64,000 nucleotides of DNA, from NCBI GenBank assembly GCA_964016885.1, contig OZ024740.1, positions 168,640,001-168,704,000 of the forward strand, written 5' to 3'. The stretch is from Eledone cirrhosa (lineage: Eukaryota). Of this stretch, positions 49,008 to 60,807 are shown piece by piece. The notes beneath the pieces are model-generated. The model worked only from the letters and a program-made list of their open reading frames with translations. It made no database searches and was not told the origin of the DNA. The translations under genes and the position numbers were made by a program. Positions within the stretch are counted from its first letter, which is position 1; every line of letters begins with the position of its first letter.

Positions 49008-52000
49008 CAGTATCCCTTTTTTGGGGGGGAGGGGTCTGTTTATGTTCTGTTATTTTAATTAAAATGGCAAAATCTTAGCTTATCAAGTTTATTTTGTTCT
49101 GTCATATTGAACTCATTTGGGATACACTCTTCTTGTGATTACAAAATTTTAAATACAGTATATAGCTATTGCTATATAATGTATTTATTTGAGTATAATA
49201 CACACATTACAATCAGTGACAGACTTATTACAATGTTATTGAAAAAGGAATGTTTAGTCAGATTTATTGTAATTGTTGTATAGAATACTGAATGAAATCA
49301 TACTTGCATCATTACCAACTAAAGCTGTTACATTGAAAAGGTTGATGATCTGAAATGAAACAAGTAACAAAACTGTGGCCTTTGAACTAAACCTTTGTTG
49401 ACCATAAAAGTGCACCTGCTGGAGGTTAAATTGTGGAAATGGCATGATCATTTAATAAAAAAAGTTTTCATTTTGTTGATTTATTTCTTAATAGTACTCT
49501 CTGTTATGAAGTGCTAAAAGGTTTTGTTGCACTTTGTGCTATGACAGTCATTTGGGCATAAAACACTGCCTCAGAAAACCAGAGCTAGCAAAGAAAAGCA
49601 GATGTAAAATGAGGATGATGATGATGTTGCATGATGGTGTACTTAAATAAGTTTATATTCAATTTTACCATTCAATTCATTCAGTGAACCTGATATGGTC
49701 ATATTGTCACAGCAAAACAAAATGTTTACTGTTCACTAATGAAAGGAAGTAAAGGTGCTTTCATATATGTACATGTGTTTATTACGTAATGAAAAAGTTT
49801 TCGTTTTTTGCCATGAAATATTAGTGAAATCTGCAGCATTTCCAAAGTTGGCAAAAAAGCTGATTAAGTAGGTGAAAGAATTCAGAATGGCTAGCATTAG
49901 AATCAGCACAACTGAATTATGTCTCAAGGTGATGGAAATCACAAAGAAGATAGGAACAACACCTGGCAATGTGAAACGTAAATTTTGTCGACACTGATAA
50001 TGACATAGTATCTATTCTATTTATATTCCAAAGTCAGCACTGTTTGAATTTATATCTACATAAAAAGAAAACAGCAGTCCATTGCTATCAATGTTTATTT
50101 ATTTTTCTGATTACTTCATAGGAATAATATATATAAACAACAATATGTTATATGTAGTTGATCATTGGTCCATACAATCACTGATGTTGACATCCGTATA
50201 TGGTGACCATTGTTTGTAAACATCATTCAAAAGGTATCAATATTGTCAGCAGCAACATAGAATTATCTTTAATACTTACTTGTAAAATATAATGACTATT
50301 TAATATGCTAACATATCATATAAAATTGTAATATTACTATAGTTATTTAAACTCTGCATTACAGATTAGTTAGTTTGAACAAATAATATAATTTAACCTT
50401 TGGTCATGTTGTCCTAAATATGGCCACACACTTGACTGCAAAAACGTGATAACATTTACCATATATATTTTTGCATCAGTCATACCTTTCTCCATGAAAA
50501 ATGATGTAATGTAAGCATGTGGCTTATCTACTGGACAAACGAAACCTTATATTTGAATCAAACATTGAGCCAAGAATAGTGTATGTAAAATAGAGGGGTG
50601 ACTTATCTATCCAGGTATATACAGTATTATTTTTTTTGTGTGTATGATGCACATCCCTAACTTTTAGGAAAAATTGTACTCAAATAAATAAGGTAATATA
50701 TTTTTCATTTTATATGCACACACATGCAAACAGGTGAACAAGAAAAATAGATAAATAGTCATATGTATTTATATTTTTTACAGCAATTCATGATTTTCCC
50801 TATAGTTATCTATTGAATTTCAAATACCATTGCATTATATGGAAAATATAGAAGAAAAAAAAACACTATAAATGTTTTGAATATATTTTGTAAAAAGCAA
50901 TTAATTTTCTGAATTATCCATGCTTTATTTTAAAATTCAATGACATTTTAGCATTCAAATTGTAAAAACTACTGAATTAACTCATTCTCAATTTTTATTT
51001 TATCTTTTTCCTTTTACAAAAGCTTTTCTTTCATCTTTTTTAAAAATAAATTTTAAATCATTTGCGCAACCATGGATGTCCCTGATCCATGTATCATAAT
51101 AGAAACTATAACTGTGTTCTTGTGTGAAAGGAATATTTAATCCTTTCTTTACCAATCTAGCTGAAACCACTGCTGGTTCTACAACAGTTTATTTTTAAAT
51201 GTTTATATTTATCTGAAAAAAACCCTTCTGTCATAATTTTATGTAAGAAACCTTAAGCTATGTTACAAATGCCTGCTTAATAATAATGGTTTCTGATTTA
51301 GGCACAAGGCCAACAATTTTGAGGGAAGGAAAGTCAATTAAATCAATTCCAGTGCATTACTAATACTTTATTTTATCAACCCCATAAGGATAAAAGGCAA
51401 AGCTAACCGTAGCAGAATTTGAATACAGAGTGAATAGGGCAATAACTATAGTCCACAAAGTATGTTCTCCAACACTCTACTTAACCTTTAATCTACTGAA
51501 TGCGTAATAATAATTAAAGTTTTAATACTAAATCCCTCCAAAATCTTGATTATTTTGGAAATATGCAAACAAAAACATTATTACTTTTATTAGAAATATG
51601 TTAACAAAAAGATTGATACCAAACTGCCTGAAAATGCATGGATATATTATACAAAATTCCTCATTTTAAAATGTTTCCATTCATATTACATACTTCCATC
51701 GTGATTTTATTTAAGAAATATTAAAGTAATATAATTTTTAGGTTATTAATGTAAAAGTTAGTTATTGTATCCTTCATATATTTGATTATTTTCAGTATAT
51801 TTCATTACAAAAGGGTTAAATATATCATTTTTTTTATGCCTTGAATTGTTCACATAAATTCAAAGGTAATTTTTGAGTGCAGCTTGTAGGTGTACCTTCA
51901 ATAAAAAAAACAACAAAAAACTGTTGTATCTATCTATCTCCAGCATTGTATGTTAGCCCTTTACTTCTAACTAACAAAGCATTTGTCAGTTATATAGTAA

Positions 52001-52255
52001 TCTTACTATTTGTTCTCCTTGTTCTAATGCTATTGATTTGATCAGCTGATATTGATTGATCCCTGAAGTGATAGGCTGACACCCTAACAGATTAGCTACT
52101 TAAAACGATATATATTTATATTCTGAAGAAACATGTGGCAGTGACATTGAAACTTATACACACACATACACACACACACATGCACTCATGCATATATATA
52201 TATATATATATATATATAAGAAGGAATTTATAGTTTACTTGAAGCATTGTATATG

Positions 52256-52490
52256 GTATAAAGAATTCAAAGTTTGAAAGCCACGACAATGAGGGTTTGG
52301 ACGGAGAATAATTATATCGTAAGAAACAGGGCTTGTTTTTTTACCTTAATTTATTCATATGTCCTGATATTTCGAGATTAATATCTCTTCTTCCGAGGAA
52401 AATAAAGGAACTATTCCCTGTTTCTTACGATTAATTATTCTCCATCCAAATCCACATTGTCGTGGCTTTTAAACTTTGAATTCTTTATAT
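52256..52490 (-). mobile_element. Fold-back mini-element with a minimal HHR in the spacer (52362-52398)
   Basis: Arms ~52257-52331 and ~52416-52489. Minus strand tcct-CGGAAGA-a-gagat atta atctc-GAA-ATAT-C-agga. Lies inside (TA)n. Confidence 0.72.
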
Positions 52491-52929
52491 ATATATATAT
52501 ATATATAAATATGTGTGTATGTATAGGTGCACAGGGACATGGAAATACTCGGTTAGCCCACTTGGAGAGGGCTATAGTTCTTGTTACGACATCATTCTAG
52601 AAGGAAAAAAACCTTTGATGTAAAACCTGTGACAGCCAATGATGTTGACCTGTTTTTTTTTTTTTTAACTTGTGGCCATTGTTCCGAGAGTGGGATTGAT
52701 CCAGTGCAAGTAATTTTTTTCACTTAAAAAAACTTCAAACACATTCAACAGTTAATCTAAATGACTTTTACATGCGCTGAGTGAGCATGCCCCCCCCCCC
52801 CCCACACACACACACTTTTGCTGCATCATATGATGAAAGGAATTTACATCATTGACAGGACTAAAAAGTCATGTTCGTGCCACCCATGTATGAGAAAAGG
52901 GCAAGTGATGGTAATTCTCAAAATAGATG

Positions 52930-55640
52930 AGCCATTATATGTATGTATGATGAGTGTCTATTTTTCCTCTTCCTGCTCCTTGTAGGTTCATGGGGGCAGA
53001 CTCCTCCAGCATGCCTTCCAATGGGTCCTATCAGAGACAACTGTCTCCATGCGAGACCAACCATTTTGCTCGGGGTCTACTCTTGGATTTCCTGTCAGTT
53101 GGTTTTTGCCCTTAAAATCTGTTCAGTGATTCTTTCATGAGACATTCAAACTATATATCTGTAATATCAGAGAAGTGATCTTTCAATTCAGAGAATTAGC
53201 AGCTCTACCTAGAACAACTCCTTGATCTCTGGGTTATGCATTCTATCAATTAATGTTGCTTCAAAGACCCTTCAAAGGAACCCCATTTTGACAGCTTGTA
53301 TTCACAATCGTATTCTTTCGATCATTACACAAAATTCATGTTGGCACAAATACTGAATTGAAGATAGTGAGTTTGACTTTTACACCTACTTCCCTTTGAC
53401 TAAATTTTGAAGCTGGCGCATTACTGCACTGTTTCCTACAATTCTTGCACTTAATTTAGCATCCTGCCTTCCATCACTTGTCGAAATGGCCCAGAGATAC
53501 TTGAAGTTATCCACCTGCTTCAGTTGAACTCCACTCACATGTAGAGTGCACTGTGCAGGATTCCTTGATAGGTGTTTGTCTCAGTCTTCACAGCATATGT
53601 TTCCATCTTTACTGTTGCATTCAGCAGCAAACCTGTCAAGTGCATGTCAGAGATCACCTTCTGACAAGTTAAGTAGTACCATGTCATCTACAAATTCCAG
53701 CCAACTGATCCTACACTCCCCAGTCCTAATACCACTTCTAACATAGCTGTGCATGTCAATCCTGCTCATGAAAATTATGAACAAGAGAGGTGACAGTATG
53801 CACCTTTAGCAGAGCCTGACATTCACATTGAATGGTTTTGACTTAGCATCATTTATCTCCAATTCATATAGAGACATCAGGAGAAGAAAAAGTTGTCCAT
53901 CGATCCCATACACCTGCAGAACCTTCCACAACAGGTCTCATGGAATGTGGTCATATGCCTTGTCTAGGTCTATGAACACCTCTTGGCAATACTCCCACAA
54001 TTTCTGAAAGACCTGCTGCAGTGTGAATATTTGATTGGTTGTGCTGCATTCAGGGTGAAAACCAGACTGTTCACCAGCTAGCTTGGACTCAACAGTATCT
54101 CAACATCTCTTTGCCAGATACTTGGTATAGACTTTTCCAGTGAATCATAACAAGGATATCCCTCTATAATCAGAGCAATCTCTCTTGTCTCCCTTTTTGA
54201 AAATTGGGATTATCACTCCTGATTGTCATTGCTTATGTGCCTTTCCAGAGATAAAGGCCTCCTGGCACACACAAGTCAGCCAGAGAATACTTTCTTTATT
54301 TAAGGCTTTTAACATCTCTGGCTGTATTTCAATCTCTATAGACCTTACCACATTTGAACATTTTAATTGCTCTTGTGGCCTCAGCTTTAGTCATTGCTCA
54401 TAGATGCACCTCATGTACATCAGAAGATGTTATTGTGACCAGGTTTAGATCAGCAAAATAATTTCTTCACTTTATGAAGATGAGGCATGATAACATTTAT
54501 GGAGGGGGACTTCTTATTACAAAATCTGCAAATCATCTGCCAGAATACTATATTTGCTGATTTAAAGTTGGATTCCTCCTTAATCCTCCCATATTTTAAC
54601 TTTTGACGTTTTTACAGTTTCTGCTGCAACTTTTTATGTCTGTTTGTATTGCAAGTGCAAGAAGGAGGACATATTTCCAAGTCAATCTTTGTGAGCCTTC
54701 TTATTTATTCAGTTCTGAGTAAAGTCCCAAATTGATGACTCGAATGAATAAGACCACCAAAAACTGCTATATGGTGATGCAATGAAAGCATTCATACTGT
54801 GCAGGGTAACAAGGGCCATGTTCACGCTTTAGGCAGAGGGGCCTGTTTGAAAAATATATTGTAGTCTCCATCCAATGCTGTGAGAACTAGCAATGAACCT
54901 GTGACCTGTCCTGGGAGACAGATGCATGCACAAAGGTCGTGCATCCCGAGAGTTCAAAGAAGGTCCAGAAGGGAGGAAATTTTAACAATTGGGGACTGGA
55001 ATATTACAGCTCCTTACAGGTAAGGAGCAAGAACTAATGGAGGACACCAAATGCTACTGACAAGATATAGTCGAGGTTTTCTCAACAAAGTTCCATGGCT
55101 CTGGTATTGTAGATTTGGATGGGAGATGCAAACCACACCATGCAGGTATGGTGCCAGAAATGACTGCACAGGTGTGAGTGGAATGTGTTAGAGACTAGAT
55201 CCTATTCGGAGGGAGGATTTGCTTCTTGAAACTGAGGTTTAAAGAAAGGTCTCTTTGAGTGGTGCAAGTTTATATGTCAAACAGAGAGTCCAAATACAGC
55301 TCCTTCCTTAATGAAGTCACTGTAGCATTACATGTAGTTAAGACTGAGTCATATATGCTAATGGCAGATTTCAGTGCACATGTTGAAACAGACTATCTGG
55401 CATGAAAAGGAGTGAATTGAAGGAATAGCGATCCCAATCTAAATACAAATAGAGAACCCTTATTAGACTTCTGTTTTAGTAATGGGCTCTCTATTATGAA
55501 CACCTTTTTTCCAGCACAAAGATATCCATAAATACAAATGGTATAAGGAAAATTGGGAACAGAAGTCAGTTAGTGATTGTCAATGGATCACCATCTAGTT
55601 TCTAAAATCTAAGACTACCTAAAGCCAAGAAAACCCAGAA
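52930..55640 (-). mobile_element. Decayed BovB-like RTE LINE with an inverted 5' part
   Basis: Minus strand ~52930-54700 holds RT remnants (DYRGISL, DLDKAYD, VDDMVLL, RPRAKW). Plus strand ~54700-55640 holds the 5'UTR and APE domain (TIGDWNIT..GKEQEL, MADFSAHV, IMNTFF). Confidence 0.8.
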
Positions 55641-55706
55641 CTCTAACATGTCTAGCTTAATCTACATGACTGTTCATTCACACACACACACACACATCAT
55701 TATCAT

Positions 55707-55751
<45 letters not shown>

Positions 55752-55800
55752 AAATAAAGTTAAATAAAAGTCAAATGATTAAAATTTAGCTTCGTTTATT

Positions 55801-55857
55801 ACTGCTATATATATATTTCAGTGACAGCCATCTTTGGCTGTGACCTCTTCAGGCAGT
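55801..55857 (-). ncRNA. Type I hammerhead ribozyme
   Basis: Reverse complement of 56204-56258 with one extra TA in stem III. Confidence 0.85.
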
Positions 55858-56203
55858 TTGAATTAGTATGGTATAGACAAGTACATATGTTGTTTAGGTG
55901 TATAATATTGTCAATACTCTGATATGCCCAGTTCCTTGTTGGGTTGTTAATTCACTGAGGAACTAGAGTCATATGAATTCAAACAAACGAATTTCAGTGT
56001 CAAAGGTCCCCTTCTCCTCTCATTGGTCAGTTATTAGAACATTCCTCATTCTAAGTGTTGTTATTGTTGGAGTTAGCTTAAAAATTGATAAAATAGTAGA
56101 AGGGACAAGGTGTTAAAGGAACAAAATAACAAAAAAAGTGTCAAACTTCCCAATATTATACACCTAAACAACATATGTACTTGTCTATACCATACTAATT
56201 CAA

Positions 56204-56258
56204 ACTGCCTGAAGAGGTCACAGCCAAAGATGGCTGTCACTGAAATATATATAGCAGT
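56204..56258 (+). ncRNA. Type I hammerhead ribozyme
   Basis: actgc-CTGAAGA-ggt c acagcca aaga tggctgt c act-GAA-ATATATAT-A-gcagt. Confidence 0.88.
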
Positions 56259-56399
56259 AATAAACGAAGCTAAATTTTAATCATTTGACTTTTATTTAAC
56301 TTTATTTTACACTACTCCGGAGTAACCAAACCAACCTGCGCACTTCGTCGAGTGCTCCAGCCTGCATACTGAGGTGTTGGTATACAACCAACATAAACT

Positions 56400-56436
<37 letters not shown>

Positions 56437-56607
56437 GAAATTGGCTGTAACACTAAGATAGTGTTAAACATAATTGGAGGTGTATACAAAAGCATATACT
56501 ATATGTTTATATACAATAAACATATGAGATCCTTACTATCAAAGAAAAATTATTGTTCTCTCTTTTTCTCTGTAAACATATCACAGATATCTCAGTAGCA
56601 GTCAAGA

Positions 56608-56656
56608 ATGACATACAGCTGTTTCAAAATTCATTGATCTCTCATTCAGTTTCCAT
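56608..56656 (-). ncRNA. Degenerate hammerhead-like motif
   Basis: CTGAATGA-gagat caatga atttt-GAA-ACAGCTGT-A. One inserted core base and a poor stem I. Confidence 0.4.
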
Positions 56657-56927
56657 AACAAAGAGCAAATGACAAATAGATCTTTCTCCGGATAAGTTGT
56701 CTGTTGCAATTAATATTATCATTAGCAGATAGTATTTATTCTCGACAACTAGGTGCATACACGATTTTATGAACTATAACAATAAAAACCTTTGATTTAG
56801 CTTTGAAACAGTTTATTTTGAGCAGTTTAACTCTTGTGGGGTTGTAGACAATGCTACCTAATTCACAATCCCGAAATGATTGGGCAATTACGACTGCAGC
56901 AAAGCTGGGAGCTGAGGTGTGTGTGTA

Positions 56928-57216
56928 TCATCATCATTATCATCGTTTAACGTCCATCTTCCACGCTGGCATGGGTTTGGACGGGAATTTTCCCACTTGA
57001 GGCAAGATTGGTTGTCTTGCTCATATAGGACTGTCTGGCGGGTTTTCTACGGCTGGATGCCCTTCCTAACACCAACCACATTTACAGTGTGGACTGGGAG
57101 GTTTTTACCGTGTTACCTACACGGCCACATTACAGCGTGGACTGTGTGTTTTTTTGTCGTGACACCTACACGACCTCATTTATTTAGGACTGGATGTTGT
57201 GGTACCAACATAACTT

Positions 57217-57218
<2 letters not shown>
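56928..57218 (-). mobile_element. RTE 3'UTR-only fragment
   Basis: Reverse complement of ~27105-27389. Confidence 0.9.
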
Positions 57219-57248
<30 letters not shown>

Positions 57249-57261
57249 ATGAGAGAGAGAT

Positions 57262-57396
57262 ATGTGACTCCCAGGTTCAATTGGGGGTAACCACAGTAAG
57301 TAAGGTACTTAATACATTAGTAGAGTATACACAACAAGTTTAATATAGAAATGGCTTCTACAGGACTAGAACTGTTTCATTTGAAGGAAATCATCA
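57262..57396 (-). mobile_element. PLE terminal-repeat fragment truncated inside its HHR
   Basis: Homologous to 12290-12417. Retains TGATGA..GAA-ACAG ttctagtc CTGT-A-gaagcc. Confidence 0.75.
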
Positions 57397-58714
57397 TATC
57401 TATACACATACATACACATATATATATTTTCATGTGTGTGTGTGTTTGCTTATGTCTTGCATGCATTATATATCAAATAGCTGAGAAATTCGACATGTGA
57501 AGATGAGTGCCTTACTTAAAAGCAAGTAAGAGTTGGCATATCAGGAAGAGTATCCAGCTGTACTGTAGAATACTGCCTCAAGAAAAGTCTAGTCTAACCC
57601 ATGCCAGCATGGAAAATCATCACCACCTTTTTATGCCTGTTTTTCCCTGCTTGCATGAGTTAGACAGATCATCCGTGTTATGAGACATGTCTGGTCAGTG
57701 GGCCACGCCTTACCTTGCCCAAATGGAATGGTATTTTGGCTGGGTTTTTTTTTACTGCTGGATGCCCTTCCTAACATCAACCATGTTTACAGTGTGGAAC
57801 TTGGTGGTCCTGTTATAAGGAGAGTCTGGCCAGTTGGCCACTCCATATCTTTCTCATAGTGGGACCATGTTTTGGTTGGGTTCATACGGCTGCTGGATGC
57901 CCTTCCTAACACCAAAGCAGATATAAAATCGATGATGATGATGATTATATTGATACATTTGTATATAATTATTATTCTGCTCTGTATATTTCATTTGTCA
58001 GTGTCTTATTTAACATAGTCACTAATAAATTGTAGAAAACTGAACTCTGACTTTTAATGATTTGAGTTATTATGCTATATTCAGTTATTGTGTTATGCTT
58101 TCTCAGTTCTTGTTGTCATGAACAGAAACACTCATATTTCTATATCTTAACAACCTCTGTAGCTTGTTTAATGTCTATGGCAAGATTATATTGTATATAA
58201 ATATCTTATTACTGCATAATGTATATTCTTGTTTATTTGACATTTACTTGCTATTATTTATCTCTATTTTTTCCTACCTTTCACATACATAAGTTTAATT
58301 TCCTTATATCTTTTATGTTTGTTTCGGTGTATTTATGTGTATGTGAACAGTATACTTACAATAAACTGGTGATTGTGATACATACACATTGATGCATACC
58401 TACATACATGTTTCTCATGTTAATCTAAAATTAGAAGGGGTGAGGTAGATGTAGGTAATTAAATTGTACTTTAACCCTTTTGTTATCATATTTCTAATGT
58501 AAGATGTCTATGATTTTCCAGTAATTTTGAAAATAATCAAGAAGGAGGTATTTAATAATTGTTTCTACATTTGGCTAATATAACTTTCTTATTATTTATC
58601 TGGTGTTTGGAACTTAACTCAAGGAAAGGTTATTATATAGAATGACAATGAAAAGATTTTAGATAAATTTGCACATTTCAAAACAAACAATTATATATTA
58701 TAAATGAGGCACGG

Positions 58715-58905
58715 AGGGCGGTGGATTGGCAGTATCGGTAGAGAGTCGGACGCCATGCTTTCCAGCATAGTTACTTCCCTTTATGATCTGAGTTCAAATC
58801 CCGCTGAGGTTGACTTTGCCTTTAATCCTTACGGGGTCGATAAAATAAAGTACCAGTAATGCACTGGGTAATTGCTGGCCTTGTGCCTAAAGTAGAAACA
58901 ATTAT
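58715..58905 (+). mobile_element. tRNA-derived Meta-domain SINE
   Basis: Same family as 14341 and 15931. Further decayed copies at ~29963-30060, ~51285-51480 and ~62360-62505. Confidence 0.88.
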
Positions 58906-58908
58906 AAA

Positions 58909-59230
58909 GGAGGCACATGGCTCAGTGGTTAGAGCATTGGCTTTGCAATCGAAAGGTTGTGAGTTCAATTCTCAGACCAGGTGATGTGTTGTTGCCTTGA
59001 GCAAGACACTTTATTTCACATTGCTCCAATTTACTCAGCTGTAGAAATGAGATGATAGGGACTGGGGTCCCTATCATTCCACTGTAAAGTGGTCGTGGAG
59101 GTGCCACGGCAAAAAAAGCACCCAGCACTCACTGTAAATGAGGTTGGTGTTAGGAAGGGCATCCAGCTGTAGAAATCAAGCCAGAATCAGTTCCCGTCCC
59201 ACCCTTGCAAGCAGGGAAAAAGCGGACGTA
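58909..59230 (+). mobile_element. Full-length tRNA-derived SINE with CORE-like domain and RTE-derived tail
   Basis: A box TGGCTCAGTGG, B box GAGTTCAATTC, ccttgagcaagacacttta. Tail ggttggtgttaggaagggcatccagc..(ATG)n is shared with the RTE 3'UTR. Confidence 0.9.
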
Positions 59231-60773
59231 AAATGAAATGATGATGATGAAAGCCAGGGGAAGGTTTTTGTCTGTATGGTGTCAAAAGGGTTAAACTTGA
59301 AATTGCTGCAGTTGAAATATATTTCTTTAAATCATTTTTGTGGATGTTTAGCTAATTCAGATATTTGCTTGAAGAGGAAGTTGTAAAATTATTTAACGTG
59401 TAAACTTATTTACACATCTGGGCTTTACATAGAACACACATGGAAAACATTTTAATTCATGAACCTTTTTAGCTATGACGTACCATTATTCTTTAAAATA
59501 GTAAACTGCAACTTTTTTTTTCTTACAGCATTCTTTTGGGGGGCCAAACAACTATCCTTCTTAACCTATATTAATATTGACCATGAATTTCAATGTTCCT
59601 TTATACAAACATCATCATTTTTGTGTATACTTTTTGAAGGCAGTGCGTTTTGGGTCAGACCTTTTTGAGGCAGTTTTTCTTCATGTCAACTGTACTTTAT
59701 CTAAAAGTATAATATATACTACTCATCTTCATTGAACCATTATGCTGAAGAATATGTTGTTTACATGAAATATAAAGATATTGGGAAACAATTATTCAAA
59801 CTGCAACAATCAAATTGCAATGTAAAAACAAATACATTCATATGAATATAAAAGGAAGCACAATCTCAAATAAAATTATATGTCAAGCAAGTACAACTCA
59901 ATAAAATCAGTAATAACTTCTAAAGCAATACAATAGAGTAAGAGCAAGATTCTGAGAAGCCAAGTTTACAATTTAGTTTTGTTTTATTGTTGAAGCCATT
60001 CCCTACACTTATCTTTTGAAAAGATATCAAAACCTTCTACCATTTTCACTCCTTAATAAACTGGAGGCGATTTACCCAGACAAAAGTTATATGGAAATAT
60101 TGATATTTTTTATTGTTGTTATTGTTGAAAACTCATTAAGATGACTAAAGGTGAAGTGAGATAGGTGAGATGATCCGAAATAGATTAGATATCATTGTCA
60201 AATATATTTGTATGATTTACAAAACCAACATACAGAGGCTTCTATTATTATTTTGCTTTTACTTGCAGTTAATGGCAAAAACATTTTTAACTCAACGAAG
60301 ATGGGTAGTTTTTATTGGAAAAAATTAACTAGTAACTATTAATATAGTTTAGAAAATATCAATGCAGGTAGAGAAACAGCAGATGCACGAGGTTGCATTT
60401 CAGAAAGACTGGTAATGCATTAACTCCATTAAATACAGGTATTATTTGAGAGAATGTGAAGATTATGAACAATGCATATTTTTAAATACTAAATATGTTT
60501 TGATAGTTAGGTGACATAATCACTGACAATATCATTTCCAGAGTTTGTTGTGAAACTAGTTCATTTTTTTTCCACATGAAAAATAAATTATAAAGAATAT
60601 ATCATAAATATGCATTAAAAGTAGCACATCTGTTGAGGCTGCAGAAGAAAGATATGTACTTGATCTACTGGCTGTGTATTGAATTTGAGGCATAAAACAG
60701 ATAATTGAGGGAATTGAAAGGACTTCAAAGAGCAAGGAGGTTAATTTTGTTTAGAATTGGATATAAAAATGTT

Positions 60774-60807
<34 letters not shown>

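Larger units (their letters stand above)
55749..56404 (+). mobile_element. Fold-back mini-element with an intact HHR in each arm
   Basis: Arms 55749-55910 and 56151-56310 are near-perfect reverse complements, followed by a ~95-bp extension. Inserted in (TA)n. Confidence 0.88.
58472..59294. mobile_element. TTAA MITE carrying two nested SINEs
   Basis: TTAAcccttttg ... caaaagggTTAA. Confidence 0.65.

Noticed and set aside
58909-58980. tRNA-like sequence with A and B boxes
   Set aside because: It lacks a proper acceptor stem and runs into a SINE body and tail, so it is a SINE head.
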